Origin: an uncultured Sphingobacteriales bacterium
GTDB taxonomy: Bacteria > Bacteroidota > Bacteroidia > CAILMK01 > CAYYUA01
Direction of reading: 5' to 3'
NCBI GenBank assembly: GCA_964549595.1
Contig: CAZJWK010000004.1
Coordinates: forward strand, 7,153 to 71,152
Length of the DNA stretch: 64,000 bases
Positions 19,074-29,444 of the stretch are shown here, piece by piece. Both the position numbers and the translations under genes were made by a program. Within the stretch, counting starts at the first letter, position 1, and the number at the start of each line of letters is the position of its first letter. Below the pieces are notes generated by a model. That model searched no databases. It had not been told where the DNA came from and saw only the letters and a list, made by a program, of their open reading frames with translations.

Positions 19074-20309
19074 TCAAGCGACTTTTAGTTCATTAAGTTT
19101 CATGGCTTGAAGCTTATTTTTGATAAATTTTACGTCCACTTTAAATTCCTTTTTATCTTCTTCCGAAGGCAAAGAATAAAGGGAATCCATCATTAGCGTT
19201 TCTACAAGAGAGCGTAAACCCCTGGCCCCCAAATTAAATTCAATGGCCTTGGAAGCAATTAAGTCTAAAGCTGCCTCCGAGACCTTTAAGTCAATCCCTT
19301 CCATTTTAAACAATTTTTTATACTGCTTGACGAGGGCATTCCTGGGTTGTGTCAAAATCTTTTTCAAGGCTTCTTTGTCCAAACTATGTAAATAGGTAAC
19401 TATGGGGAGTCTGCCTATTAATTCGGGTATCAAACCAAATTTTTTCAAATCCTGAGGCATGACATACTGGAATAAATTTTCATCCACCTTCTGGGAAACT
19501 CCGGAAGGACTGTGAAATCCGATATTTTGTTTATTGATACGCTTCTCTATTATTCGTTCTAAACCATCAAATGCTCCACCACAAATAAAAAGGATGTTTC
19601 GGGTGTTAATAGGGACAAGATTTTGCTCGGGATGCTTCCTGCCTCCTTGAGGGGGAACATAAATCGTATCGCCTTCAAGTAGTTTTAGCATGGCTTGCTG
19701 TACACCCTCCCCTGATACATCCCTTGTGATTGAGGCATTATCCCCTTTTCTTGCAATTTTATCCAGTTCATCAATGTAAACTATGCCCCTCTCAGCAGCT
19801 TGATTATCCCCGTCAGCAGCCTGCAATAGCCGGGTTAAAATGGTCTCAACATCTTCACCAACGTATCCGGCTTCGGTGATAACGGTAGCATCGGCAATAC
19901 AAAACGGAACATCCAAAATATTCGCAATGGTACGTGCCATTAATGTCTTACCGGTACCTGTTTCACCAATAAGCAGGATATTGGATTTTTCAATCTTAAC
20001 TTCTTCATTAGCAGCCCCCTCTTCCATAGAGTGCATTAACCGTTTATAGTGATTGTACACAGCAACGGAAATGGCTTTTTTTGCTTCTTCCTGGTCAATA
20101 ACATGCTTATCCAGATATTCTTTGATTTCTTTGGGCTTATAGATTTTATCAAAGGTAGGCTTGGGAGTTTGCTTGGTTTGTTCCGCATTTACGATTTTGT
20201 AAGCCTCCCCTACGCAATTGTCACAAATAAATCCTTCTTTGCCTTCTATAAGAAAATTAACCTCATTCTTACTTCGCCAGCAAAAGGAGCAATAACTATT
20301 ATTTTTCAT
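19074..20309 (-). CDS. clpX: ATP-dependent Clp protease ATP-binding subunit ClpX
   Basis: An N-terminal C4 zinc finger (CSFCWRSKNEV...CDNC), the Walker A motif GETGTGKT and a AAA+ core. Confidence 0.9.
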   Translation of the reverse strand: MKNNSYCSFCWRSKNEVNFLIEGKEGFICDNCVGEAYKIVNAEQTKQTPKPTFDKIYKPKEIKEYLDKHVIDQEEAKKAISVAVYNHYKRLMHSMEEGAANEEVKIEKSNILLIGETGTGKTLMARTIANILDVPFCIADATVITEAGYVGEDVETILTRLLQAADGDNQAAERGIVYIDELDKIARKGDNASITRDVSGEGVQQAMLKLLEGDTIYVPPQGGRKHPEQNLVPINTRNILFICGGAFDGLERIIEKRINKQNIGFHSPSGVSQKVDENLFQYVMPQDLKKFGLIPELIGRLPIVTYLHSLDKEALKKILTQPRNALVKQYKKLFKMEGIDLKVSEAALDLIASKAIEFNLGARGLRSLVETLMMDSLYSLPSEEDKKEFKVDVKFIKNKLQAMKLNELKVA

Positions 20310-21004
20310 ATTTCTTCATCTTCTTGTTTTGGTTTGTTTTTGGTCAATATTTCATCGACCATTCCATAATCTTTTGCTTCCTGCGAATCCATCCAATAAT
20401 CCCTGTCCGCATCTTTTTCTACCTTTTCTTTATCTTGCCCTGTATGATCAGAAATGATTTGGTAGAGCTCTTTTCGGATTTTCACAATTTCGTTAGCAGT
20501 AATTTCAATATCCGCAGCGGGCCCCTGTACACCACCCATAGGTTGATGAATCATAATCCTTGAGTGCCTCAGCGCTGATCTCCGACTACTTTCACCGGCA
20601 CAGAGCAAAATAGCACCCATTGAAGCCGCAACTCCGGTACAAATAGTATGAACCACGGGTTGAATGTACTGCATGGTATCATAGATGCCCAAACCTGCAT
20701 ATACTGCTCCACCGGGACTATTAATGTAAAGATAAATATCACTGGACGGGTCCGTGGATTCCAAAAACAACATCTGAGCCTGAATAATATTGGCCACATC
20801 ATCAGAGACCGGTACGCCCAGGAATATAATCCTGTCCATCATTAACCGGGAAAAGACATCCATTGAAGCAACATTCATTGGCCTTTCCTCAATAATGTTA
20901 GGTGTAATGTAATTGGAGTAATCATGCAATTTATTACTTCCGATTCCCATGTGTTGGGTAGCAAATTTTTTAAACTCCTCACCTTGCTTATTTTGGTTAC
21001 TCAT
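20306..21004 (-). CDS. clpP: ATP-dependent Clp protease proteolytic subunit ClpP
   Basis: Motifs YINSPGG, GVAASMGA and MIHQPMGG indicate ClpP. It overlaps the clpX start by 4 nt. Confidence 0.9.
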   Translation of the reverse strand: MSNQNKQGEEFKKFATQHMGIGSNKLHDYSNYITPNIIEERPMNVASMDVFSRLMMDRIIFLGVPVSDDVANIIQAQMLFLESTDPSSDIYLYINSPGGAVYAGLGIYDTMQYIQPVVHTICTGVAASMGAILLCAGESSRRSALRHSRIMIHQPMGGVQGPAADIEITANEIVKIRKELYQIISDHTGQDKEKVEKDADRDYWMDSQEAKDYGMVDEILTKNKPKQEDEEI

Positions 21005-21017
21005 TATCTTGTGTTTT

Positions 21018-22427
21018 TTAGGTTGTTTTTTCAGTTTCTTCTTCTTCTTGACTATCCGGATTCACGATCTTCTGAAACTCATTGTAAGTCACAGGTTTCT
21101 CAGAAAACTCGACATTTTCCTTGATTTGTTTAAACACTTTGTCTTCTTTTAAAGTAAAGTGAGATTTATAATAGTTATTCTGATCCTTCAAATAATTGGA
21201 AGCATATTCTTTTACCTTGTCTTCACCAATTTCCCCCATTCCAATCCTGGATACTTCATTTCTAATTAAAGATTGGGCATATTCCATTACCTCCTCTCCT
21301 TCCACACTTATACCATATTGGTCAGCCAAACTATCCACAATAATCATCCACTGGATATCATTTACAAAATCCTGGTATTTCTCTTCATGGCTTTTATTGT
21401 CTTCTTCCTGCTCGTTTTGTTCTTCTTCTTCCTGAACTTTATCAAACCATTTTTTCAAAAATTCTTCAGGCAAGCCCTTGTCAAACTTTTCCACAAAGGT
21501 ATCCTTCACTTCTTTGAAAAGGTGACTATCACTTTCCCTTTCATAGGAAGATTCGAGGGCTTCTTTAATAGCATTTTTGAATTCCTCGAAATCATTTATT
21601 TCCCGGTCGGGAAATACTTCTTTGTAAACTTCCTCATCGATTTCTGCGGGTTGAAAGGTAAAAACAGACTCAATGTTGATCTTAAAGGTCCCTTCCACAT
21701 CCTGGATTGTTAATTTATCCGTATCCAGGAACTCCGCCAGTTTTTCATCATCCCCGTATATATCTTTCAAATTAACGTTAAGCTCGTCTCCAACCGATTT
21801 ACCCAATAACGCATCTTTCAACCCTTCTTGGATATCATTAATTTTAACGGCTTTGCTTTTTTCAAGTCCCCCTTCCAAAGGTTCGTGGTTTTCGTCCAAT
21901 TCGGTAATTTTTACCCGCAATGACAAATTTTCATCTTCTTCAACCTGATCTTTATTCTCGGATTGTCCCTTGAGGTTTTTAATCTTTTCGATTTGTTCTT
22001 CAATCTCATCCTCGGTAGCCTGAATCTTATACCTCTGAACCGCTCCCAAAAATTCCTGAAGGTCGTAATCAATTTCTGGCCTTAACCCTACGTCATATTT
22101 GAACTCAAAACTATCTTGGTTCTCCCAGTCAGGCTCGCCTTCAGGTTCCTTTTGAAGGGGGTTTAACAGCAATTTAATGTCATTCTCCTGTATATAATTT
22201 TGTAACGATTTATTGACTTGATCCGGGATTAATTGCTTTTTCAAGTCCGGCCCGATCCGTTTTTTCAATAAATTCAAGGGAGCTTTCCCCTTTCTAAAAC
22301 CCGGGAGATCAACCTTTTTGCGGTAATTTTTTAGCTCCTTTTCAAATTCTTCTTGGTAATCAGCCGGTTCGATATGCACGACAAACTCTGCGTCTAAATT
22401 GTTCTTTTTTTCTAAATTTACTTCCAA
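21018..22427 (-). CDS. tig: Trigger factor
   Basis: The N-terminal ribosome-binding region (GFRKGKAP) and an acidic C-terminal domain. It lies in the conserved tig-clpP-clpX order. Confidence 0.85.
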   Translation of the reverse strand: MEVNLEKKNNLDAEFVVHIEPADYQEEFEKELKNYRKKVDLPGFRKGKAPLNLLKKRIGPDLKKQLIPDQVNKSLQNYIQENDIKLLLNPLQKEPEGEPDWENQDSFEFKYDVGLRPEIDYDLQEFLGAVQRYKIQATEDEIEEQIEKIKNLKGQSENKDQVEEDENLSLRVKITELDENHEPLEGGLEKSKAVKINDIQEGLKDALLGKSVGDELNVNLKDIYGDDEKLAEFLDTDKLTIQDVEGTFKINIESVFTFQPAEIDEEVYKEVFPDREINDFEEFKNAIKEALESSYERESDSHLFKEVKDTFVEKFDKGLPEEFLKKWFDKVQEEEEQNEQEEDNKSHEEKYQDFVNDIQWMIIVDSLADQYGISVEGEEVMEYAQSLIRNEVSRIGMGEIGEDKVKEYASNYLKDQNNYYKSHFTLKEDKVFKQIKENVEFSEKPVTYNEFQKIVNPDSQEEEETEKTT

Positions 22428-22471
22428 GATACCAGATTTTTCTAAAACAAATTATTAACAACTTCTGAATG

Positions 22472-22553
22472 TGCGGATGGGGGGACTCGAACCCCCACAC
22501 TTTTCAGTACTAGATCCTAAATCTAGCGCGTCTACCAATTCCGCCACATCCGC
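22472..22553 (-). tRNA. tRNA-Leu (anticodon TAG), type II with long variable arm
   Basis: The minus-strand read is GCGGATG/tggcggaattggtagacgc/gctagatTTTAGGAtctag/long variable arm/GGGGGTTCGAGTCCCCC/CATCCGC-A. It has a 7-bp acceptor stem, a TTCGAGT T-loop and a 7-nt anticodon loop with TAG at positions 34-36. Confidence 0.8.
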
Positions 22554-22729
22554 AATTTTGGATTACAAAAGTACAATTTCCAAAAAAGCTTGCCATAAAA
22601 AGTTTGATCAAGTCTTCAAACTTTATCCTCCTCTTTGACTGAGTGGTAGAACATTTTGTCAATTTTCAAAGTTTCTTAACATAGAAGGGCAGTTTTTTTT
22701 ACCTTTCTCATTTCAAAACCCTTAAAAGA

Positions 22730-24985
22730 ATGGCAAATACACAACCAAAGGATGAAAACAGACAAATTGTCAACGCTTACAGGTCTTTACTCAGGGCCAG
22801 TAAACCCTATATAAATCCTGAGGATAAAAGCACCATCCGTAAAGCTTTTAATTTTGCCTTGGATGCTCATCAGGGAATGAGGAGAAAGTCAGGGGAGCTT
22901 TACATTTTTCATCCTATAGCCGTTGCAACCATTTGTGCCAAAGAAATGAATCTGAGTACCACTTCTATCACCTGCGCGCTTTTACATGATGTGGTTGAGG
23001 ATACCGATGTAACGGCTGAAGATATTGAAGCCACTTTCGGGTCAAAGGTTGCGGGAATCATCAAAGGGTTAACCAAGATATCAGGTTTTTCCGGGCACAC
23101 AAAGTCTATGCAGGCTGAAAACTTTCGTAAGATCCTTTTAACCTTGGCAGATGACGTTCGGGTCATTTTGATTAAGCTTGCCGACCGCTTGCATAATATG
23201 CGAACACTGGATTTCATGCCCTCAAAAAACCAATTGAAAATTGCCTCTGAGACGCTTGAAGTTTATGCACCGTTGGCCCATCGATTAGGGCTTTACAATA
23301 TTAAAACCGAGCTGGAAGATTTAGCATTAAAATATACGGAACCTGAAGTTTACCGTGAAATTGTGAGCAAGCTTAAATCAAGCAAAAGTCAACGCAGCAG
23401 GTTTATTCGAAAATTCACTAACCCCATTCAAAAAAAGCTTGACCAAATCGGTTTGAATTATGAAATAAAAGGCCGGACTAAATCCATTTACTCCATTTAT
23501 CGTAAAATGAAAAGCCAGGGAATTCCATTTGAAGAAGTTTACGATATCTTTGCCATAAGAATAATAATGGATGCGCCATTAGACCGGGAAAAAGAAATCT
23601 GTTGGCGAACTTACTCAGTTATTACTGATACCTATACACCTAATCCTAACCGGTTAAGGGACTGGCTTTCAACCCCAAAAGCCAATGGCTATGAATCGCT
23701 GCATACCACGGTAATGGGTCCGCTTGGTAAATGGGTGGAGGTACAAATACGTACGAGAAGAATGGATGAAATAGCTGAAAAAGGTTATGCAGCCCATTGG
23801 AAATACAAAGAAAATTCCTTCCAAAAAGAAAGTGGATTGGAAGAATGGATAAAGCGGGTTAGGGAAATGTTGGAAAATAACACCTCGAATGCCATTGATT
23901 TTCTTGATGAATTCAAACTGAACCTGTTTTCTGATGAAGTATTTGTCTTCACGCCGGAAGGCGATACCGTAAAGCTACCCATAAATGCTACTGCCCTGGA
24001 TTTTGCGTTTGAAATCCATACCGAAGTGGGATTACAATGTTTTGGTGCCAAAGTCAACCATAAGTTAGTACCCTTAAATTATCAACTGCAAAGCGGAGAT
24101 CAGGTTGAAATCCTTACATCCAAAAAACAAAAGCCCAATCGTGAATGGTTAAACTATGTCATAACAGCTAAGGCAAAATCTAAAATAAAAACCGCTCTTA
24201 AAGAAGAAAAACGAGAATTTGCCCAGCAAGGAAAAGAAATATTGGAAAGGAAATTCAGGCATTTTCAGATAAAGCTTAATAGCCAGAAAATCAATGAGTT
24301 CACCCATTTCATGAATGAAGAATCCAGTCTTGACTTATTTTATGCCATTTCCAAGGGTAAAATCAGCAGAGAGGATTTGAATCAGAAGCTGGAAAGTTTC
24401 ACCAACCAAAAGAAAACTTCAAGCAACGTAAAACAAACGCCAGGAAAACAGACTCCCCTGCAAAAAGATACTTCCAAGAAAAAAACGGAAGTGATTTTTG
24501 AAGACGGAAGTTACTTCGATTATTCTTTTGCTAAGTGTTGTAATCCGATCCCCGGGGACGATATTTTCGGATTTATAACCAAAAACGAGGGTGTGAAAAT
24601 CCACAGAACAAATTGCCCGAATGGGATCCATTTGATGTCTAAATTCGGCTACCGGATTTTGAATGCAAGATGGGCAAGAGAAGACATAAAACCGATTTCT
24701 GCATTTACGGTAGGGCTTAAAGTACTCGGAATTGACTCTTTAGGGATGGTCAGTAAAATAACAGATACCATTTCCAAGGAGCTAAGAGTAAACATAGATT
24801 CTATCACCATTTCCGCCAAAGCCGGTGCCTTCGAAGGTTCAATTATCCTTTATATTTATGATACCAAGCATCTGGAAAAATTGATCAATAAATTAGAGTC
24901 TCAGGAAGGCATTGAGTCCGTTCATCGCTTCAACCCGGAAAATTCACAAGAATTTAATGAGCCTCAGGTTGTTAAAAATGAGTAA
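22730..24985 (+). CDS. relA: Bifunctional (p)ppGpp synthetase/hydrolase, RelA/SpoT family
   Basis: An HD hydrolase domain (HPIAVATI...LLHDVVEDT), a synthetase domain (RTKSIYSIYRKM, DIFAIRII) and TGS and ACT-like C-terminal regions. Confidence 0.85.
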   Translation: MANTQPKDENRQIVNAYRSLLRASKPYINPEDKSTIRKAFNFALDAHQGMRRKSGELYIFHPIAVATICAKEMNLSTTSITCALLHDVVEDTDVTAEDIEATFGSKVAGIIKGLTKISGFSGHTKSMQAENFRKILLTLADDVRVILIKLADRLHNMRTLDFMPSKNQLKIASETLEVYAPLAHRLGLYNIKTELEDLALKYTEPEVYREIVSKLKSSKSQRSRFIRKFTNPIQKKLDQIGLNYEIKGRTKSIYSIYRKMKSQGIPFEEVYDIFAIRIIMDAPLDREKEICWRTYSVITDTYTPNPNRLRDWLSTPKANGYESLHTTVMGPLGKWVEVQIRTRRMDEIAEKGYAAHWKYKENSFQKESGLEEWIKRVREMLENNTSNAIDFLDEFKLNLFSDEVFVFTPEGDTVKLPINATALDFAFEIHTEVGLQCFGAKVNHKLVPLNYQLQSGDQVEILTSKKQKPNREWLNYVITAKAKSKIKTALKEEKREFAQQGKEILERKFRHFQIKLNSQKINEFTHFMNEESSLDLFYAISKGKISREDLNQKLESFTNQKKTSSNVKQTPGKQTPLQKDTSKKKTEVIFEDGSYFDYSFAKCCNPIPGDDIFGFITKNEGVKIHRTNCPNGIHLMSKFGYRILNARWAREDIKPISAFTVGLKVLGIDSLGMVSKITDTISKELRVNIDSITISAKAGAFEGSIILYIYDTKHLEKLINKLESQEGIESVHRFNPENSQEFNEPQVVKNE

Positions 24986-25043
24986 TTTTTTCTTTTTTCC
25001 TTTGTATTTTTGCCATCCTGATTAACAGATTATTTATGACATT

Positions 25044-25526
25044 ATGACAAAGGAAGAAACACTTGAAGAAGCCAAGAAACAATTTTCGAAATACTTGGAA
25101 GAAAAAAAGCATCGTAAAACCCCAGAAAGATTTGCGGTTTTATCCGAGATTTATTCCAGGGATGACCATTTTGATGTAGAAATGCTTTACCTGGAATTAA
25201 AAAAAAAGAACTATCATATAAGCCGAGCCACGGTTTATAATACCCTTGATTTACTATTGGATTGTGGACTGGCCATTAAACAACAATTCGGGAATAATGT
25301 GGCTTTATACGAAAAAGCCTATGGCTACCGTCAGCATGATCATTTAATCTGCAACTTCTGCGATAAAGTATTAGAATTTTGTGACCCCAGAATTCAGCAA
25401 ACCCAGAACATGGTTGGCGAGCTCTTGAAATTTAATGTGACCCAACATTCATTAACCCTTTATGGCAACCCTCTATCCGATGAAGAAGGGTATTGCCTTT
25501 CCTGCTCAAAAAAGCTTAATGTTTAA
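25044..25526 (+). CDS. Fur-family transcriptional regulator
   Basis: The length is about 160 aa. It has an HTH region, a metal-site HDHLIC.FC motif and a C-terminal CxxC (CLSC). Confidence 0.75.
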   Translation: MTKEETLEEAKKQFSKYLEEKKHRKTPERFAVLSEIYSRDDHFDVEMLYLELKKKNYHISRATVYNTLDLLLDCGLAIKQQFGNNVALYEKAYGYRQHDHLICNFCDKVLEFCDPRIQQTQNMVGELLKFNVTQHSLTLYGNPLSDEEGYCLSCSKKLNV

Positions 25527-25531
25527 CAATT

Positions 25532-26806
25532 ATGGCCTTAGATATTTTACTGGGACTCCAATGGGGTGACGAAGGCAAAGGGAAAATAGTGGATGTCTTA
25601 GCCCCGGATTACGATATTGTTGCACGTTTCCAGGGTGGACCTAATGCCGGACACACGCTCAATATAAAAGGTGAAGAATTGGTATTACACACCATACCCT
25701 CAGGCATTATTCATGAAAATGTAATCAATGTAATTGGGGGAGGAATGGTCATTGACCCCACTACACTTGATGAAGAAATTGAAAAGCTCCGAAAAAAAGG
25801 TTTGTTTGATCCGAATAGACTCTTAATTGCCAAAAATGCCCACTTGATACTTCCTTCCCACAGAAAATTGGATGAAGCCCAGGAAAATAGTAAAGGGGGA
25901 AATAAAATTGGCTCTACTTTAAAGGGTATCGGCCCAAGTTACATGGATAAAACTTCCAGAAAAGGGTTAAGAATAAGAGATATTTTTGATCCGGATTTTA
26001 AACAAAAGTATGAGCTCTTAAAAAAAGAACATTTAGCACTTTTGGATAGGATAAATGCCAAAGGACCTTCAAAAAATGAGGAAGAAGAATGGCTTAGTGG
26101 TATCCAACACTTAAAAAAATTAAACATACAAAATACTGAGGAATACCTGAACCAAAAATTATCCGATGACGCCAAAATACTAGCCGAAGGAGCTCAGGGA
26201 ACTTTTCTTGATCTTGATCTTGGAACCTATCCTTACGTAACTTCATCAAATACCTTAGCAGCCAACGCTTGTTTGGGATTAGGAATTTCCCCCAAATCAG
26301 TAAATAAAATTTATGGGGTTTTTAAAGCTTACACAACCAGAGTCGGTGAAGGACCTTTTCCCACAGAATTGAATGGCCAAGAGGGAGAAATCCTGAAGGA
26401 AAAAGGTAAAGAATACGGTGCTACTACGGGTAGACCCAGACGATGCGGTTGGTTGGATCTCCCGGGCTTGAATTATGCAATAAAAATCAATGGCGTTACT
26501 GACCTTATAATAACTAAGACGGATATTTTCAAAGGGTTTGATGCCATTAAAATCTGTAACGGCTTTGAGAATTTGGCGCAAGACGAAGGTTATCCCGAAA
26601 TTATTAATGAGAGCAATACCATACGGCCCAGATACGAATCCTTTAAAAGCTGGAATTCAGATATTTCTAAAATTCAACAAAAGACATCCTTACCTGAACC
26701 CTTAAGAAATTATTTAAACTTTATTCAGGACCATACGGGAAAAAAAATGACAATCATTTCAACAGGTCCCAGAAGGAACCAGTATCTATGGGTGCAAAAA
26801 ATTTAA
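25532..26806 (+). CDS. purA: Adenylosuccinate synthase
   Basis: The P-loop LGLQWGDEGKGKIVD, GPNAGHT and TKTDI motifs identify PurA. Confidence 0.9.
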   Translation: MALDILLGLQWGDEGKGKIVDVLAPDYDIVARFQGGPNAGHTLNIKGEELVLHTIPSGIIHENVINVIGGGMVIDPTTLDEEIEKLRKKGLFDPNRLLIAKNAHLILPSHRKLDEAQENSKGGNKIGSTLKGIGPSYMDKTSRKGLRIRDIFDPDFKQKYELLKKEHLALLDRINAKGPSKNEEEEWLSGIQHLKKLNIQNTEEYLNQKLSDDAKILAEGAQGTFLDLDLGTYPYVTSSNTLAANACLGLGISPKSVNKIYGVFKAYTTRVGEGPFPTELNGQEGEILKEKGKEYGATTGRPRRCGWLDLPGLNYAIKINGVTDLIITKTDIFKGFDAIKICNGFENLAQDEGYPEIINESNTIRPRYESFKSWNSDISKIQQKTSLPEPLRNYLNFIQDHTGKKMTIISTGPRRNQYLWVQKI

Positions 26807-26850
26807 GCATTTGAAAAAGGCAGAAAATCTTAAAAAATCACTTGCACCAA

Positions 26851-26890
26851 ATAAAAAAGCCTGCTTCAAATTTGAAGCAGGCTTTTTTAT
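26851..26890. terminator. Bidirectional rho-independent terminator between purA (+) and gldN (-)
   Basis: A perfect palindrome AAGCCTGCTTCAAA/TTTGAAGCAGGCTT (stem about 12 bp) is flanked by A6 upstream and T6 downstream, so both strands read hairpin plus U-tract. Confidence 0.75.
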
Positions 26891-26910
26891 CGAGGTATGG
26901 CTTATAAAGT

Positions 26911-27780
26911 TTAATATTGCCAAAGATCGTGTTCAAAGTTAAACAATTCTTCTTCAATTTTCTGAGCCCTGATTAACGCGCCAAACTTATCACCACTATA
27001 TTTTGGTTGGTCTAAAATATCGACATCAAACTCATTCGGCTCTTTAATGATGTAACTAGAGAACAACCTCTGCTCAAAAAAGTCGTAGTAAGAAAGTTGA
27101 GCTGCGTCATTATGCCGATTAAACATCGGTTCATTCACCAAAATTTTTCTGAATTCTTCCCATTTGACCCAAAACAAAGTCCTTTCCCCTAATTCCGTTC
27201 CGGCCCTTTCAAGGTCATAAAGAGGAGCAATGGCAATAATGCGGGGAAAAAATTCACCAGTTTCTTTATCGAAAATCCAATCCTCCATTATCCGGAATTT
27301 AAAAAGCTCATCGCAGTCTTTCTTCTCTTTATACACAGTATCCCTTGTTTCATTAGGCCTTTCAACAGGCCAAGGCCTATATTCAGCTGCCCTTTCTTTA
27401 GTAAGTTGTTCTACAACTTCTTCACGCGTATAATAACTTGTCAAAGAGTCAGATTTATAGGGTGTTAATTTTTTTCCTTGAACCCCTTTCATCACAGAAT
27501 TATAAAGCAGACAATTAAACCGGTTTTTAGGCCACCGCATAGCCAAATTTTGCTTTTCCCTGATATCTAACTTTTGATGGATTCGTCTTGCATACATCAC
27601 ATCAGCTTGCCTTAAAGCAGGGTATGGAATGGCTTTTCGTTCCTCAATAGCCCTCCTTTCATAGGTAAAATCTGATTTATAGGCTCCTTCTCCAGATTCC
27701 TGTGCCAGTGTAATATTGGAAAAAAGGCACATCACACCAACCAGGCAAGCCAATAAATTTTTAAACCCTATTAATTTCAT
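26911..27780 (-). CDS. gldN: Gliding motility / T9SS protein GldN (PorN family)
   Basis: A signal peptide on a protein of about 290 aa. It is the last gene of the gldK-L-M-N block. The assignment rests mainly on conserved position and size. Confidence 0.65.
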   Translation of the reverse strand: MKLIGFKNLLACLVGVMCLFSNITLAQESGEGAYKSDFTYERRAIEERKAIPYPALRQADVMYARRIHQKLDIREKQNLAMRWPKNRFNCLLYNSVMKGVQGKKLTPYKSDSLTSYYTREEVVEQLTKERAAEYRPWPVERPNETRDTVYKEKKDCDELFKFRIMEDWIFDKETGEFFPRIIAIAPLYDLERAGTELGERTLFWVKWEEFRKILVNEPMFNRHNDAAQLSYYDFFEQRLFSSYIIKEPNEFDVDILDQPKYSGDKFGALIRAQKIEEELFNFEHDLWQY

Positions 27781-27792
27781 AACCGCAATAAT

Positions 27793-29388
27793 TTATTTGA
27801 CATTCAGTGTAATAGTCGTAGGCAAATTCTTTACCCCGTCAGGCCCTTTAGCCCTAATTTTGTCCACAATAATCCTGTCGCCATCATCCACATCAGAAAG
27901 CATATTTTTCATTTTTCCATTTAACCTGGCACCACGAGCTGTGGATTCTTTAACATTCCCTCTCCTTGGAATATAAGTGAGCCGAAATTTTGTCACCCTA
28001 TATTTAACCCCTTCAAAAGCAAATCCTTGACCCATTGTAGCGGCAATAGCACTGGCATTTTTCACTTTGACAGCTGAAATGCTTCCACTGGTCTTACCAG
28101 CAAGCAGGGGACGGGGATTAGGAACAGACCGGACCCGGAATTCTTTTGAACCCAAATTTTTGCGGTTTCCATCTGAAGTTTCAACCGATACACTAATAGT
28201 AGCTTTCCTGGTATCAGGTACTCTCGCTATATAATCACTTTTTCCTTTTTTAATCAATTTCCCTTTAGAGATGGTGGCAGATGTTTGTTCAGGCCTATAA
28301 CCCACAGCCCCAATGGAAATCGGATTGTCCAAACCGGTGTAAAGCATGTTCATCGCGTCCGCTGAAATGGTAGCAAAGGAAGGAGAAGCCTTATAATTAA
28401 TGGTAAAGGGGAAAGAATCAATTCCCCCGGTTGTGGGATTTTTAAGAGTCATCAAACCCTCCTTTTCCTTTGTTCCGGGAGTAGAAGGAGTTGCCTTAAA
28501 TTTACCTCTTCCATTTTTGATCTTTTCCTTGGGCATCTTTTCACCTTCGATATAAATAGTAGGATCCTGGGTAGAACTATAAGCCCCAAGCAATATATCG
28601 GCCTTATAGGTTTCATTGACGTTTACAACCCCTTTTTCTGCCCTAACAATGGGGATCAGTTGGTCAAAGGAACGCCTACCAGCCCCCACCTGCTTCAGTA
28701 ATTGGTTAACTATATCAGCCTTCGTGCTCTTAAGATCACTTTCAATTTTAGATAGAATGGTTACTGTTGCGGTAACCGGTACCATTTGAAATCGTTGAGC
28801 TGCCCAACTATTCGCCTGATCAGGACCATCGGGAGGATCTTCAGCTTTTAATGAAACGATCTTTTTAATGGTTGATTCGGCAATGTCATCATCCTCTTTG
28901 TCATTTTCATTATACTCTCTAAGAATGCCCATTAATTGACTACGTGCACGATTAATCTTGTTTTGGAGGGTATCCCCTTTATCCTGCTCAACCAAAATCC
29001 GACTTCCCACATCCAAATTTTTAGCACCCACCAAGTGGTCAGTTTTTTCCCCGTCCTTTTTGAGGTATCCCCCACTTTTCTCGATGACTTCGTCCTTTAA
29101 ACTTTCTATATAACTCTCGAGGCTATCAGTTATTTCTTTGGCTTTCATGGCCCGGTCATAATGAGGCTTTGTCAATTTTTCATTATTCTCCATTAAATCC
29201 TCAAAACGATTCATAGCACTCATGTTTTTCGTTTCAAGGGCCGAATTTGATTTTTTAATGCCGGTATGAACTACGTGAAAAGCATTCAGAACCTCTGCAG
29301 AAACATTGAGGGCAAGTAAAGCCAATAGCACGAGGTACATCATATTAATCATCGCCTGCCGTAGCGGATTATCTGATCCTGCTGCCAT
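27793..29388 (-). CDS. gldM: Gliding motility / T9SS protein GldM (PorM family)
   Basis: The N-terminus (RQAMINMMYLVLLALLALNVS) is characteristic of GldM. It is about 530 aa with a single N-terminal TM helix. Confidence 0.8.
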   Translation of the reverse strand: MAAGSDNPLRQAMINMMYLVLLALLALNVSAEVLNAFHVVHTGIKKSNSALETKNMSAMNRFEDLMENNEKLTKPHYDRAMKAKEITDSLESYIESLKDEVIEKSGGYLKKDGEKTDHLVGAKNLDVGSRILVEQDKGDTLQNKINRARSQLMGILREYNENDKEDDDIAESTIKKIVSLKAEDPPDGPDQANSWAAQRFQMVPVTATVTILSKIESDLKSTKADIVNQLLKQVGAGRRSFDQLIPIVRAEKGVVNVNETYKADILLGAYSSTQDPTIYIEGEKMPKEKIKNGRGKFKATPSTPGTKEKEGLMTLKNPTTGGIDSFPFTINYKASPSFATISADAMNMLYTGLDNPISIGAVGYRPEQTSATISKGKLIKKGKSDYIARVPDTRKATISVSVETSDGNRKNLGSKEFRVRSVPNPRPLLAGKTSGSISAVKVKNASAIAATMGQGFAFEGVKYRVTKFRLTYIPRRGNVKESTARGARLNGKMKNMLSDVDDGDRIIVDKIRAKGPDGVKNLPTTITLNVK

Positions 29389-29444
29389 ATTTTATTACAT
29401 TTAAGGTTTTATTTCTTATAATACTTTCTTGTCAAACACCTTAT

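Noticed and set aside
21196-21948. Several plus-strand ORFs of 79-146 aa (21196-21435, 21273-21713, 21673-21948) antisense to the trigger factor gene
   Set aside because: They overlap a well-supported tig CDS on the opposite strand. Their products are low-complexity (F/S/L-rich) with no recognisable motif, typical antisense artefacts of an AT-rich, acidic-codon-rich gene.
22909-24631. Minus-strand ORFs of 70-102 aa inside relA/spoT, and similar ones inside purA (25939-26175, 26297-26581)
   Set aside because: They are fully embedded antisense in long, motif-rich housekeeping CDSs. They lack start context and show no homology signals.
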